Shown here one piece after another: positions 30,859-41,452 of a stretch of DNA of 64,000 nucleotides. The position numbers and the translations under genes are program-made. The DNA comes from an uncultured Bacillota bacterium (GTDB taxonomy: Bacteria > Sysuimicrobiota > Sysuimicrobiia > Sysuimicrobiales > Segetimicrobiaceae), in the NCBI GenBank assembly GCA_963804645.1, contig CAWDRG010000002.1, positions 158,095-222,094 on the forward strand. Direction: 5' to 3'. The notes under the pieces were generated by a model. The model worked only from the letters and a program-made list of their open reading frames with translations. It was not told the origin of the DNA and did not search any database. Position 1 is the first letter of the stretch. Every line of letters starts with the position of its first letter.

Positions 30859-31434
30859 TTACGTGCCCGCCGTGCGCATTTCGATGCGGACGATGTTATC
30901 GACATACCGGCCCCCGCGCTTGTCCTGGGGCACGACGAGCCGGGCCATGCCTTCGTCCGCTCCCAGCGGGGCGGCGTCAGTTTGATATGCCACAAGGATC
31001 TGTTGATGTCCGTAGTCCGGCAGGATCTCCGCCAGGGCGATCACCGCCTGATACCCGTCGCTCCCGGTGACCACGACGTACTTGCTGAGGATGTCGTTCT
31101 TCCGGCGTGTGTTGGTCTGCACTCCGGCCGCGTTGAGGAGCGTCCACAACAAGACCCCGGTGTACGTGGCGTGCATTGACGCCTTTCCGGCGAGAAAGGT
31201 CACGTGCACCGTCGAGGGAGGGTACCGCTGCAAGTCGGGACGGGTCAGATGTGCCGGGTGATCGACGAGACCACGCACATCGAACCCCGGGGCGTAGCCT
31301 CCCGATTGGGCTCCTGCGAGGGGCGTGCCTCCGGTCCCGACCGCGCCCAGGAGCAGCGAGGCGCAGATGATCGCGAGCTGCCGAAGCCGACGCGAACGTG
31401 CATGGTGACGGACGGAGTGCGCGACGGTGGTCAC
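30859..31434 (-). CDS. Secreted sulfite-oxidase-like molybdopterin-binding domain protein
   Basis: Signal peptide; VRGLV, YTGVLL, GSDGY, RLVVP..GGRYV. Confidence 0.75.
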   Translation of the reverse strand: MTTVAHSVRHHARSRRLRQLAIICASLLLGAVGTGGTPLAGAQSGGYAPGFDVRGLVDHPAHLTRPDLQRYPPSTVHVTFLAGKASMHATYTGVLLWTLLNAAGVQTNTRRKNDILSKYVVVTGSDGYQAVIALAEILPDYGHQQILVAYQTDAAPLGADEGMARLVVPQDKRGGRYVDNIVRIEMRTAGT

Positions 31435-31448
31435 GAGGTCCCCGCCGC

Positions 31449-31655
31449 TCAGGGCCGGCCGACCATGACTTCGGTCGCCTTGATGACCGCGACCACGTTA
31501 TCTCCGACCTGAATGTTCAGCCGCTGGACGGACTCCTTGGTGACCGCGGCGACGAGTTCCTGATCGCCCACCGTCATCCGCACCTCGGCCATGATGTTGC
31601 CGAGTGACACGCCCGTGACCTTGGCGCGAAGCTGATTGCGTGCGCTGAGTTGCAT
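31449..31655 (-). CDS. mop: Molbindin (single TOBE domain)
   Basis: MQLSARNQL...VTKESVQRL...AVIKATEV. Confidence 0.92.
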   Translation of the reverse strand: MQLSARNQLRAKVTGVSLGNIMAEVRMTVGDQELVAAVTKESVQRLNIQVGDNVVAVIKATEVMVGRP

Positions 31656-31701
31656 CGTGTGCCCCCCGATCTCGTATCGTCTGTGAGCGAGCCGCGCCCA
31701 C

Positions 31702-31731
31702 CGTATAGCAACACTATTTGTCAAATGACAA
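31702..31731 (-). promoter_or_regulatory. Putative promoter and palindromic operator of the mop-mod operon
   Basis: TTGTCA-N18-TATACG on the minus strand; perfect palindrome TTGTCA-AA-TGACAA at 31718-31731. Confidence 0.55.
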
Positions 31732-31970
31732 GATTCCTTTCCTCCACGCGAAATCCCTCCTGACGCCGCGAGTTCGGCGAACCCCCTCACGTGTCCGGGA
31801 GGTCCCTCGGCATCCCGGCCAAGCAGGACGAACCTGTGGGCGCCGCGTAGTGTAGGCGCAGATCCGCACGATGGGCTCGAGCCGGGGCCGCGACGCCTCC
31901 CACAGATCGGATGGGAGGCGTTGTGTGTTTCCCGACCGCCGGGTCGAGCCGGCAGGGAGGCCGTGCCGAC

Positions 31971-33521
31971 ATGGACACGCATCACCCCACCTCGGAAGAT
32001 GAGATGCGCCGCTCGGGCGGCGCCCCCGCCGACCGGCTCGAGTTTTCGCCCGGGACGCGCGCCCGGTGGGAGTGGTCGGCCGAGGAGATCCGCCGCGTCG
32101 GGCACCGGGTCGTGGACCTGATCGCCGAGTACCTCACCACGCTCCCGGACCGCCCGGTGTTCCGCCCGTACCCGCGGGCGGAGGCCGACGCGATGCTCGA
32201 GGCGCCGATGCCGACCGGCGGCGCCGATTCGACCGCGATCCTCGATGAGTTTGCCGCCGCGATCGCCCCCTATCCGTTTGGCAACGGGCATCCGCGGTTT
32301 TACGGATGGGTGAACTCACCGCCCACGGTGATCGGCGTGTTCGCCGAGGCGCTGGCCGCGGCGATGAACCCGAGCTGCGCCGGCGGCAATCACGCCGCCG
32401 TGTACGTCGAGCACCAGGTGCTGCGCTGGATCGCGGCGATGCTCGGATTCCCGGCAGGCTGCGGCGGGCTCCTCGTGAGCGGGACCTCCATGGCGACCGT
32501 GACGGCGCTCGCGGTCGCGCGGCACGCGGCGACCGGCGGGACCGTGCGGGCGCGCGGACTGCAGGGGACGGACGCGCCGCTTGTCGTGTACACGAGCCGC
32601 GAAGGCCACGGCTGCGTCCAGAAGGCGGTCGAGCTCCTCGGGATCGGCTCCGACCACCTACGCACGATCGCGTGCGACGGCGCGTTCCGGCTTGACGTCC
32701 CCGACCTTGAGCGCGCGATTGCGCGCGACCGCGCCGCGGGGCTGCGGCCGATGGCCGTGGCCGCGAGCGCGGGGACCGTGAACACCGGCGCGATCGACCC
32801 GCTCGCCGAGATCGCCGCGGTGTGCCGCCGCTGCGGGCTCTGGCTGCACGTCGACGGCGCGTACGGCGCTCCCGCGATCCTCACCGCCGGGTACCGCGAC
32901 CCCCTCGAGGCGATCGGGCTCGCCGACAGCGTCGCGGTCGATCCCCACAAGTGGCTGTACGTGCCCGTGGAGGCCGGGGTCGTGCTCGTGCGAGACGCGG
33001 CCGCGATGCGCGACGCGTTCAGCCTGGTCCCGCCCTACCTCCGCACCGACGGCCTCGCAGCGGGCGTCGGCGGGCCGCCGTGGTTCAGCGAGTTCGGAGT
33101 GCAGCAGACGCGCGGGTTCCGCGCCCTCAAGATCTGGATGGCGCTCAAGCATCACGGCCGGGCGGGCTATGCGGAGGCGATCACGCGGGACACGGCGTTG
33201 GCGCGCTACCTGGCGTCGCGCGTCGAGGCGGCGGACGATCTGGAGCTCGCGGCGCCGCAGAGCCTGAGTATTGTCTGTTTTCGGTATGCGCCGCCGGCCC
33301 TGCGGGATAATCCCGAGCGGGTCGACGCCGTCAACCGTGCGGTGCTGGAAACGCTCCAACTCGGCGGCCGCGCGTTTCTGTCGAGCACGACCCTGCACGG
33401 ACGGTTTGTGCTGCGCGCCTGCATCGTCAACCCCCGCGCCTCCCGCGCGGACCTCGACCTTCTGGTGGACATGGTCCGAACGATCGGGCGGCGAGTCCTC
33501 GACCCCGATGGCACACCATAA
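31971..33521 (+). CDS. Group II PLP-dependent (aromatic amino acid-type) decarboxylase
   Basis: HPRFYGW, AGTVNTGAIDP, HVDGAYG, DPHKW. Confidence 0.92.
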   Translation: MDTHHPTSEDEMRRSGGAPADRLEFSPGTRARWEWSAEEIRRVGHRVVDLIAEYLTTLPDRPVFRPYPRAEADAMLEAPMPTGGADSTAILDEFAAAIAPYPFGNGHPRFYGWVNSPPTVIGVFAEALAAAMNPSCAGGNHAAVYVEHQVLRWIAAMLGFPAGCGGLLVSGTSMATVTALAVARHAATGGTVRARGLQGTDAPLVVYTSREGHGCVQKAVELLGIGSDHLRTIACDGAFRLDVPDLERAIARDRAAGLRPMAVAASAGTVNTGAIDPLAEIAAVCRRCGLWLHVDGAYGAPAILTAGYRDPLEAIGLADSVAVDPHKWLYVPVEAGVVLVRDAAAMRDAFSLVPPYLRTDGLAAGVGGPPWFSEFGVQQTRGFRALKIWMALKHHGRAGYAEAITRDTALARYLASRVEAADDLELAAPQSLSIVCFRYAPPALRDNPERVDAVNRAVLETLQLGGRAFLSSTTLHGRFVLRACIVNPRASRADLDLLVDMVRTIGRRVLDPDGTP

Positions 33522-33545
33522 CGTCGGCGCTCCCGGGCCCGACCG

Positions 33546-33881
33546 CTAGTGCGAGCCCTGGATCTCCGTCGTCATGATGACCTGGGCGTATGGATTCCAG
33601 GTCGCCATCGTGTAAAACGAATAGCCGAGATCGGCGGCCACCAACCCGTATCGCGTCGCCGTTTGGTTGACGGTCGGCTTCGGAGGACGGAACGATCGAT
33701 CCATCTCGCCGGTCACTTGGCAGATCTTCCGCGTGGAGCCGGCGACATACGTGATGCCGCCGGCCGGCGGCGCGGGGGCGGCGCTTGCGCCGTTCGCCGG
33801 TACCCCGCCTGACGGCACCAGGGCGCTGACGGCGAACAACGAGACCGCGACCGCAGTTGTGAGTGGTGTTTTCATGGGCAT
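33546..33881 (-). CDS. Small secreted protein, probable internally deleted DUF4185-like gene
   Basis: Signal peptide; TRYGLVAADLGYSF joined directly to YTMATWNPY. Confidence 0.5.
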   Translation of the reverse strand: MPMKTPLTTAVAVSLFAVSALVPSGGVPANGASAAPAPPAGGITYVAGSTRKICQVTGEMDRSFRPPKPTVNQTATRYGLVAADLGYSFYTMATWNPYAQVIMTTEIQGSH

Positions 33882-33974
33882 CCCTCCCGAGACCGGATCC
33901 ACACATCCCTCTCCCGCGCCGCCGTCACCGCCCCGCCGTCGTGCGGAGACCCCGGCAGCGTGGGCGGGCGCGCG

Positions 33975-34907
33975 TCACGCGGGGGGCGGCCCCGCCACGA
34001 GGTAGTGCGACGCAAGCGGGTGGCCGAGCAGGGACGCAAGCGGACGCGACGCCTCGGCGAGGCGGTCGAGGTCCACCCCGGTCTGGATCCCGAGCCCGTC
34101 CAGCATGTACACGAGGTCTTCCGTGGCCAAGTTGCCGGACGCGCCGGGTGCGTATGGGCAGCCGCCGAGGCCGCCCGCCGAGGCGTCGACGACGGTCACC
34201 CCGGAGAGAAGCGCCGCCAGGACGTTCGCTAGCGCCGTGCCCCGCGTATCGTGGAAGTGCACGGCCACCGCGCTCATCGGCAGGTCCCGGGACAGCTGCC
34301 GGAGCAGCGAGGCTACCTCCCCCGGAGTCGCCGCCCCAATCGTGTCTCCGAGCGAGATCTCCGCGCACCCCATCTCGACGAGCCGTCCGGCCACCTGCCG
34401 GACCGCCTCCGGCGCGACGCGCCCGGCGTAGGGACACCACCACGCCGTCGACACGTACGCGCGAACGCGAACGCCGTGGTCCGTCGCGAGCGTGACCACC
34501 TGGCGGAACTCCGTCAGCGACTCTTCGACCGTCATGTTGATATTGCGTCTCGCGAATGCGTCGGAGGCGGCGGTGAACACCGCGACCTCGCGCAGCCCGC
34601 ACGCGAGCGCGCGCTCCATCCCGCGGCGGTTCGGCACCAGTGCCGAGAGCGCGGGGCCCCGGAGATCGGAAAGGCGCTCAAGGAGGGCGTCGGTGTCCGC
34701 CATCTGCGGAACGCGGTCCGGACGGACGAACGCGCCGACCTCAATCGCCGGGAGCCCCGCGGCGGCGAGCCGCCGGACGAACCCGACCTTCTCGGCGAGC
34801 AAGAGCGACACGGCCTCGTTTTGGAGCCCGTCGCGAGGCCCGACCTCCACGATTCGCACGCGCGGCGGCAGCCCGGTGAGCGGGCCAGCGTCCCGGGCGC
34901 CGGTCAC
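33975..34907 (-). CDS. hmgL: Hydroxymethylglutaryl-CoA lyase
   Basis: EVGPRDGLQNE, HFHDTRG, GGLGGCPYAPGASGNLATED. Confidence 0.95.
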   Translation of the reverse strand: MTGARDAGPLTGLPPRVRIVEVGPRDGLQNEAVSLLLAEKVGFVRRLAAAGLPAIEVGAFVRPDRVPQMADTDALLERLSDLRGPALSALVPNRRGMERALACGLREVAVFTAASDAFARRNINMTVEESLTEFRQVVTLATDHGVRVRAYVSTAWWCPYAGRVAPEAVRQVAGRLVEMGCAEISLGDTIGAATPGEVASLLRQLSRDLPMSAVAVHFHDTRGTALANVLAALLSGVTVVDASAGGLGGCPYAPGASGNLATEDLVYMLDGLGIQTGVDLDRLAEASRPLASLLGHPLASHYLVAGPPPA

Positions 34908-35425
34908 GGATGCTCTGCCGCATGTTCGCCCGGCGCGCCGAGTTCCGCCACGACCATGCCGCCCTCGACCCGCTGCCCAACGCGGACATGCACGGCGCGG
35001 ACCGTGGCCGCGCGCGGCGCCCGGATCACGTGCTCCATCTTCATCGCCTCGACCACCAGGAGCGGTTGCCCGACCTTGACCGTCTCGCCGGCGTTCACGT
35101 ACACCTCCGTCACGCCCCCCGGCATCGGCGCCCGAAGCGCGTCGGCGTCGGGGCCGCTCCCGCCGCCCCGGCGCGCACCCCCACCCGGATCGATCTCGTA
35201 GATCGCGGTCACGCCGTCGACGTGGAGGAACGTCCGCGTTCCCGCCGCGGCCCACCGGACGAGGTGCGTCCGGCCGCCGAACTCGACCGCGGCGACGCCC
35301 GGCTCGAGCACGGAGAGGCGCAGGCGAACCGGGCGGCCCCCAACCCGCACCGCCCACTCGTCGCCGGCCCGCGACACCTCGCACGGGACGTCGCGCCCCT
35401 CGAGACGCAGCACCAGATCACTCAC
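34904..35425 (-). CDS. Biotin carboxyl carrier subunit
   Basis: APMPG, EAMKM biotinylation motif. Confidence 0.92.
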   Translation of the reverse strand: MSDLVLRLEGRDVPCEVSRAGDEWAVRVGGRPVRLRLSVLEPGVAAVEFGGRTHLVRWAAAGTRTFLHVDGVTAIYEIDPGGGARRGGGSGPDADALRAPMPGGVTEVYVNAGETVKVGQPLLVVEAMKMEHVIRAPRAATVRAVHVRVGQRVEGGMVVAELGAPGEHAAEHP

Positions 35426-36929
35426 GGGCGCCCCCCAGCCGCCACGGCCCGAGGTCGTCCCACGGGTCTGCCCCGCGCTGCCGGCCAGCCGGCCCCCCCG
35501 CCGGCGGATGGGCGCGTCCGTCTCCCGTTTGGAGCACCGCGAGCACGGCCCCGATCGCGAGCGCCGCGTCGCTCCCGTCCCCGCTCCATGCCTGGAAATG
35601 CCGCTCGAGAAACCTCGTGGTCGTCTCGCCCCGGCGGAACGCGTCGTGACGGACGATCGCCCGCAGGAACTCGAGATTCGTGCGGCACCCGAGGATCACG
35701 TAGCTCCCGAGCGCCTCGTCCATCCGCGCGATCGCGGCCTCGCGGGTCTCGCCGTGCGCGATCACCTTGGAGAGCATCGGGTCGTATTCGACCGGTACGC
35801 GCCATCCGGCGCGGAGACCCGAGTCCACCCGCACGCCGGGGCCGCGGGGCTCGACGAGCGTGAGGATCGGACCGGGGGTCGGCCGAAACTCGTGGGCGGG
35901 GTCCTCGGCGCTGACCCGGCACTCGATCGCGCAGCCCCGGATCTCGTGCGCCTGGGGCTGCGACGCCGGCAAGCGGTCCCCGCCGGCGATCCGCAGCTGC
36001 CACGCGACCAGATCGAGTCCCGTCACCGCCTCCGTCACCGGGTGCTCGACCTGTAGCCGCGTGTTGACCTCGAGGAAGTAGAATCGCCGCTCTGTGTCGA
36101 CCAGGAACTCCACCGTACCGGCGTTGACGTAGCCGGCCGCGCGCGCCACCGCCACCGCCGCACGCTTGAGGTGGGCACGGAGTTCAGGGGTGACAAACGG
36201 AGACGGCGACTCCTCCAGGAGCTTCTGGTGCCGGCGCTGGATGCTGCACTCACGCTCGCCGAGCGCCCAGACGCCGCCCGCGCCGTCTGCGAGCACCTGC
36301 ACCTCGATGTGCCTGGCCTCGTCGATGTGGCGCTCGAGGAGCAGCGCGTCACGCCCGAAGGCCGCGTGTGCTTCGCGGCGGGCGGACCGGAGGGCGTCCG
36401 GCAGTTCGTCGGGCGATTCCACCCGCCGCATCCCGCGCCCGCCCCCGCCCGCGGAGGCCTTGATCATGACGGGAAAGCCGAGGCGCGCGGCCGCCTCTGT
36501 TAGGGCCCCGTCCGCCGCCTCCGGCGCATCGTAGCCCGGGACCACCGGCACGCCGCCGGTCTCCGCGAGGCGGCGCGCCTCGCCCTTGTCCCCAAGACGT
36601 GCTATCACCTCGGCCGGCGGGCCGACCCACGTGAGGCCCGCACCGCGCACGGCATCGGCAAACTCGGGAGACTCCGCAAGAAAGCCGTACCCGGGGTGCA
36701 CCGCGTCGGCGCCCGAGCGGCGGGCCGCGTCGAGCATGCGTCCGACGTCGAGGTAGGTCTCCCGCGCGGCGGCGCCGGGCAGCGGCACGCGCGCATCCGC
36801 GAGCCGCACGTACAGCGCGTCGCGGTCGGGCTCCGCGCACACCGCCACTGTCGCGATCCCGAGCTCCCGGCACGCCCGGATGATGCGGACGGCGATCTCC
36901 CCGCGGTTCGCGATCAAGACCGTGCGCAT
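35418..36929 (-). CDS. Biotin carboxylase subunit of methylcrotonyl-CoA carboxylase
   Basis: LIANRGEIA, HPGYGFLAE, GGGGRGM, RECSIQRRHQK, EVNTRLQVEH. Confidence 0.93.
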   Translation of the reverse strand: MRTVLIANRGEIAVRIIRACRELGIATVAVCAEPDRDALYVRLADARVPLPGAAARETYLDVGRMLDAARRSGADAVHPGYGFLAESPEFADAVRGAGLTWVGPPAEVIARLGDKGEARRLAETGGVPVVPGYDAPEAADGALTEAAARLGFPVMIKASAGGGGRGMRRVESPDELPDALRSARREAHAAFGRDALLLERHIDEARHIEVQVLADGAGGVWALGERECSIQRRHQKLLEESPSPFVTPELRAHLKRAAVAVARAAGYVNAGTVEFLVDTERRFYFLEVNTRLQVEHPVTEAVTGLDLVAWQLRIAGGDRLPASQPQAHEIRGCAIECRVSAEDPAHEFRPTPGPILTLVEPRGPGVRVDSGLRAGWRVPVEYDPMLSKVIAHGETREAAIARMDEALGSYVILGCRTNLEFLRAIVRHDAFRRGETTTRFLERHFQAWSGDGSDAALAIGAVLAVLQTGDGRAHPPAGGPAGRQRGADPWDDLGPWRLGGARE

Positions 36930-36931
36930 GC

Positions 36932-38539
36932 CTACATGCGAAACACGCCGGGGTGCATGCCCTCGATCGGGGCGTTGAGCGCGGCGGACAGCGCCAGCCC
37001 GAGCACCGTGCGCGTCTCGGCAGGGTCGATGACGCCGTCGTCCCACAAACGGGCCGTACTGTGGTAGGCGTTGCCCTCCGCCTCGTACTTGGCCAGGATG
37101 GGGGCGACGATCGCCTCCTCCTCGACGGGGGTCAACGTGCCGCCCGCGCGGGCCACCTGATCGCGCTTGACGGTCAGCAGCACCATCGCCGCCTGCTCGC
37201 CGCCCATCACGGAGATGCGGGCGTTCGGCCACATCCAGAGGAAGCGGGGCGCGTAGGCGCGCCCGGCCATCGCATAGTTGCCGGCGCCGTAGGACCCGCC
37301 GATGACCACGGTGAGCCTCGGCACGCCGCAGGTCGCGACGGCGTGCACCATCTTCGCGCCGGCCCGGGCGATGCCCGCGGCCTCGTACTCCTTGCCGACG
37401 ATAAACCCCGTGATGTTCTGGAGGAAGACAAGCGGCACGCGCCGCTGCCCGCACAGCTCGATGAAGTGCGCGCCCTTCTCCGCGCTCTCCACGAACAGGA
37501 CGCCATTGTTCGCGATGATGCCGACCGGAATTCCGTGGAGGTGGGCGAAGCCGGTGACGAGCGTCGTCCCGTACAGCGCCTTGAACTCGTGAAACCGGCT
37601 GCCGTCGACGAGCCTGGCGATCACGTCCCGCGCGTCAAACTGCCGCCGCAGGTCGGTGGGCAGGATCCCGTAGATCTCCCGGGGATCGTAGCGGGGCGGC
37701 TCCGGCTCGGCGAGGTCGATCGCGGGCGACTTCACGCGGTTCAGGGTCCCGACGATCTCCCGGACGAGCGACATCGCATCGGCGTCGTCCGTGGCGAGGT
37801 AATCGGTGACACCGCTGCGGCGGGAGTGCACGTCGGCGCCGCCTAGTTCCTCGGCGCTGACCTCTTCGCCGGTCGCGGCACGCACGAGCGGCGGTCCGCC
37901 GAGAAAGATCGTGCCGGTCCCGCGCACGATCACGGCCTCGTCCGACATCGCCGGCACATAGGCCCCGCCGGCCGTGCACGAACCGAGCACCGCGGCGATC
38001 TGCGGGATGCCGCGGGCGGACATCGTCGCTTGATTGAACATGATGCGCCCAAAGTGGTCACGGTCGGGGTAGACCTCCGCCTGCAGCGGCAGAAACACCC
38101 CGCCGGAATCCACCAGGTACAGGCACGTCAGGTGGTTGTCGAGGGCGATCTCCTGTGCGCGCAGGTGCTTCTTTACCGTCACGGGGAAATAGGTGCCGCC
38201 TTTGACCGTGGCGTCGTTCGCGACGATCATGCACTCGATCCCGCGCACGCGTCCGATCCCGGTGACGATCCCCGCCCCGGGTGCCTCGTCCCCGTACATG
38301 CCCCACGCGGCGAGCGGGGCGATCTCCAGGAACGGCGAGCCGGGATCAAGCAGGAGGTCGATGCGCTCGCGGGCCGTCCGCTTGCCTTGCGCGCGCAGCC
38401 GCTCGTGCGCGCGCGGCCCGCCGCCCTGGCGGACCTTCGCGAGGCGCTCGGCGAGCATCGCCGCCAAGCCCTCGTGATACGCACGGTTCGCTGCGAACTC
38501 CGCAGCGTCCACATCGACATGAGACTCGAGGACACTCAT
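36932..38539 (-). CDS. liuB: Methylcrotonyl-CoA carboxylase beta (carboxyltransferase) subunit
   Basis: [36 protein letters not shown]; operon with HMG-CoA lyase. Confidence 0.92.
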   Translation of the reverse strand: MSVLESHVDVDAAEFAANRAYHEGLAAMLAERLAKVRQGGGPRAHERLRAQGKRTARERIDLLLDPGSPFLEIAPLAAWGMYGDEAPGAGIVTGIGRVRGIECMIVANDATVKGGTYFPVTVKKHLRAQEIALDNHLTCLYLVDSGGVFLPLQAEVYPDRDHFGRIMFNQATMSARGIPQIAAVLGSCTAGGAYVPAMSDEAVIVRGTGTIFLGGPPLVRAATGEEVSAEELGGADVHSRRSGVTDYLATDDADAMSLVREIVGTLNRVKSPAIDLAEPEPPRYDPREIYGILPTDLRRQFDARDVIARLVDGSRFHEFKALYGTTLVTGFAHLHGIPVGIIANNGVLFVESAEKGAHFIELCGQRRVPLVFLQNITGFIVGKEYEAAGIARAGAKMVHAVATCGVPRLTVVIGGSYGAGNYAMAGRAYAPRFLWMWPNARISVMGGEQAAMVLLTVKRDQVARAGGTLTPVEEEAIVAPILAKYEAEGNAYHSTARLWDDGVIDPAETRTVLGLALSAALNAPIEGMHPGVFRM

Positions 38540-38643
38540 CCGCTGGTGATATTCCCCTCTCCGCGCGACCGCACCTCCACCGGCCGTCGCGGCGACCGTG
38601 CGGCGCGTCGGGACCGATCACACGACGTCCGGGGCGCCGCCCT

Positions 38644-39555
38644 TCAGTCGGCGGACCCGCGGACTTCCTCAGCGGGGCTCGCCGCGGCCCGAAGCGCGTG
38701 CCGGACTTCCGCGGTCGCCTCGCGGCCGAGCGCGGCCACCGGCGGGAGCGGATCGCCGATCTCAAACCCCTGCAGGGCGAGCCCGGTCTTCACGCACGCC
38801 GCGAGCGCGTGCCGCTGGAACACCTCGTTGAGCACCCAGAGCCGCCGCTGGAGGCGTTCCGCCTCGTCCCACCGTCCCTGCTGCGCGAGGTCGTAGAGGG
38901 CGACGCACTGCCTCGGCAGGAGGCACGCGGGTCCCGCCATCCAGCCGACTCCTCCCAACCGAAACACGACGAGCGGGATGTGGGCGGAGGCGCTGAACAC
39001 TTTGATCCGGTCGCCGGCGCGGTTCAGGACCGTCAAGATCTTGCCGGTCTCCCCGGAGGCCTCCTTGAAGTACTGTACATTCGGAATCTCGCTGAGCGCG
39101 ATGACGTGGTCCGGCGTGAGTTCCGCGCCGAGCAATTTCGGGTTCGAATACAGCACGATCGGGCACCGCACCGCCTCGGCGACCGCCGAGAAAAATCCCA
39201 GCACGCCGCGGGACGTCAACGGGAAGAAGGTCTGCAGAATCAGCACCACCCCGTCGATCCCGAGATCGAGCAGCCGCTGCACCTGGTCGATGGCGTCGTG
39301 CGTCGCGTACGCCGCGACCCCGGGCACGATCGGGACCCGGCCGCGCGCGGCGTCGACTGTGATGCGGACGATCTCGGTCCGCTGTGCGGGCGTGAGATAC
39401 GGAAACTCCCCGGTGCTGCCGAGCGGGCTGAGGCCGTGCACCCCGCCCTCGATCAGGTGCTCCACCAGCCGCCGCAGGACGCCCTCACGCACGCGTCCCG
39501 ACGCGTCGACCGGGGAGACGAGATACGGGAAGATTCCGTGGAACGACTCGGGCAT
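38644..39555 (-). CDS. Dihydrodipicolinate synthase-family aldolase
   Basis: GSTGE, LYSNP, catalytic K in YFKEAS. Confidence 0.9.
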   Translation of the reverse strand: MPESFHGIFPYLVSPVDASGRVREGVLRRLVEHLIEGGVHGLSPLGSTGEFPYLTPAQRTEIVRITVDAARGRVPIVPGVAAYATHDAIDQVQRLLDLGIDGVVLILQTFFPLTSRGVLGFFSAVAEAVRCPIVLYSNPKLLGAELTPDHVIALSEIPNVQYFKEASGETGKILTVLNRAGDRIKVFSASAHIPLVVFRLGGVGWMAGPACLLPRQCVALYDLAQQGRWDEAERLQRRLWVLNEVFQRHALAACVKTGLALQGFEIGDPLPPVAALGREATAEVRHALRAAASPAEEVRGSAD

Positions 39556-39786
39556 GGGCGGCCACCGTCCTCGCGAGGCTGCGGTTCCGAGTGGCGTTCT
39601 GGCGCCGCGCGAGCAATTCCTCCGATCCGCGCGGGTCGGTCCGTGGAAGGAGAGCGGAGCGACGCGTGCCAACTAGGTGTGTCAGCGCGCCGCGGGGTGC
39701 GATCGCCGGGCACCGGCGGCGCGCGCCGGGCGGTCCTTCCGGACGCGTCCGAGACGCGGACTTCTTCGGGCGGGTGGTGTCGAGCG

Positions 39787-40902
<1,116 letters not shown>

Positions 40903-40933
40903 TCGGCGCGGGCGGGCTGGAACGCTCCGGCGG

Positions 40934-41410
40934 CTACGGCGGAAAGACCAACAGCGCGGGCACGTAGCCCGCGGCACCGTCCGGGGTCCCCACGAGCGCC
41001 GCGGTCTCGCGCGTCAACCGCTCGGGAGTCGGAAAGAGCAGGATCTGCTGCCCCACCGTATCGCCGTGAACGTCATAGAACCCGCGCACCGAGACGATGA
41101 CCCCCTTCTTCACAAAGGGCAGCTGTGCCAGGTAGGCCGCCTTCAGCTCGCCCTGCTGCGCGGTGCCCGAGGGACCCAACACCGCGAGGGCGGTTGAGAC
41201 GTCGCAGCACGGCAGCAGCGGGGACGTGCTCTTGATCGCGGTATCGTAGGGCAGCTTGATCGCCGGCTCCCGCAGCGCCCCGGAGGGCGCCAAGCCGATC
41301 CTCCAGGGGAGCGAGATCCGGACCCCGCTGAGCCCCAGCAGCAGCACCACGCAGACCACCACGGAGGTGACGACGAGCGCCACCCGTTCGGTCATGCTCT
41401 GCGGCTGCAC
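40934..41410 (-). CDS. Hypothetical membrane-anchored protein
   Basis: N-terminal TM helix; GGAGG RBS; directly downstream of the SBP gene. Confidence 0.6.
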   Translation of the reverse strand: MQPQSMTERVALVVTSVVVCVVLLLGLSGVRISLPWRIGLAPSGALREPAIKLPYDTAIKSTSPLLPCCDVSTALAVLGPSGTAQQGELKAAYLAQLPFVKKGVIVSVRGFYDVHGDTVGQQILLFPTPERLTRETAALVGTPDGAAGYVPALLVFPP

Positions 41411-41452
41411 CGCTGCGCCTCCGCCCGCCCTCGCGTGCGAGTCCCCGGCGTC

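Noticed and set aside
38281..39786. 873-aa fusion upstream of tartrate dehydrogenase
   Set aside because: The extension is the antisense shadow of the DHDPS-family gene; homology starts near 39787
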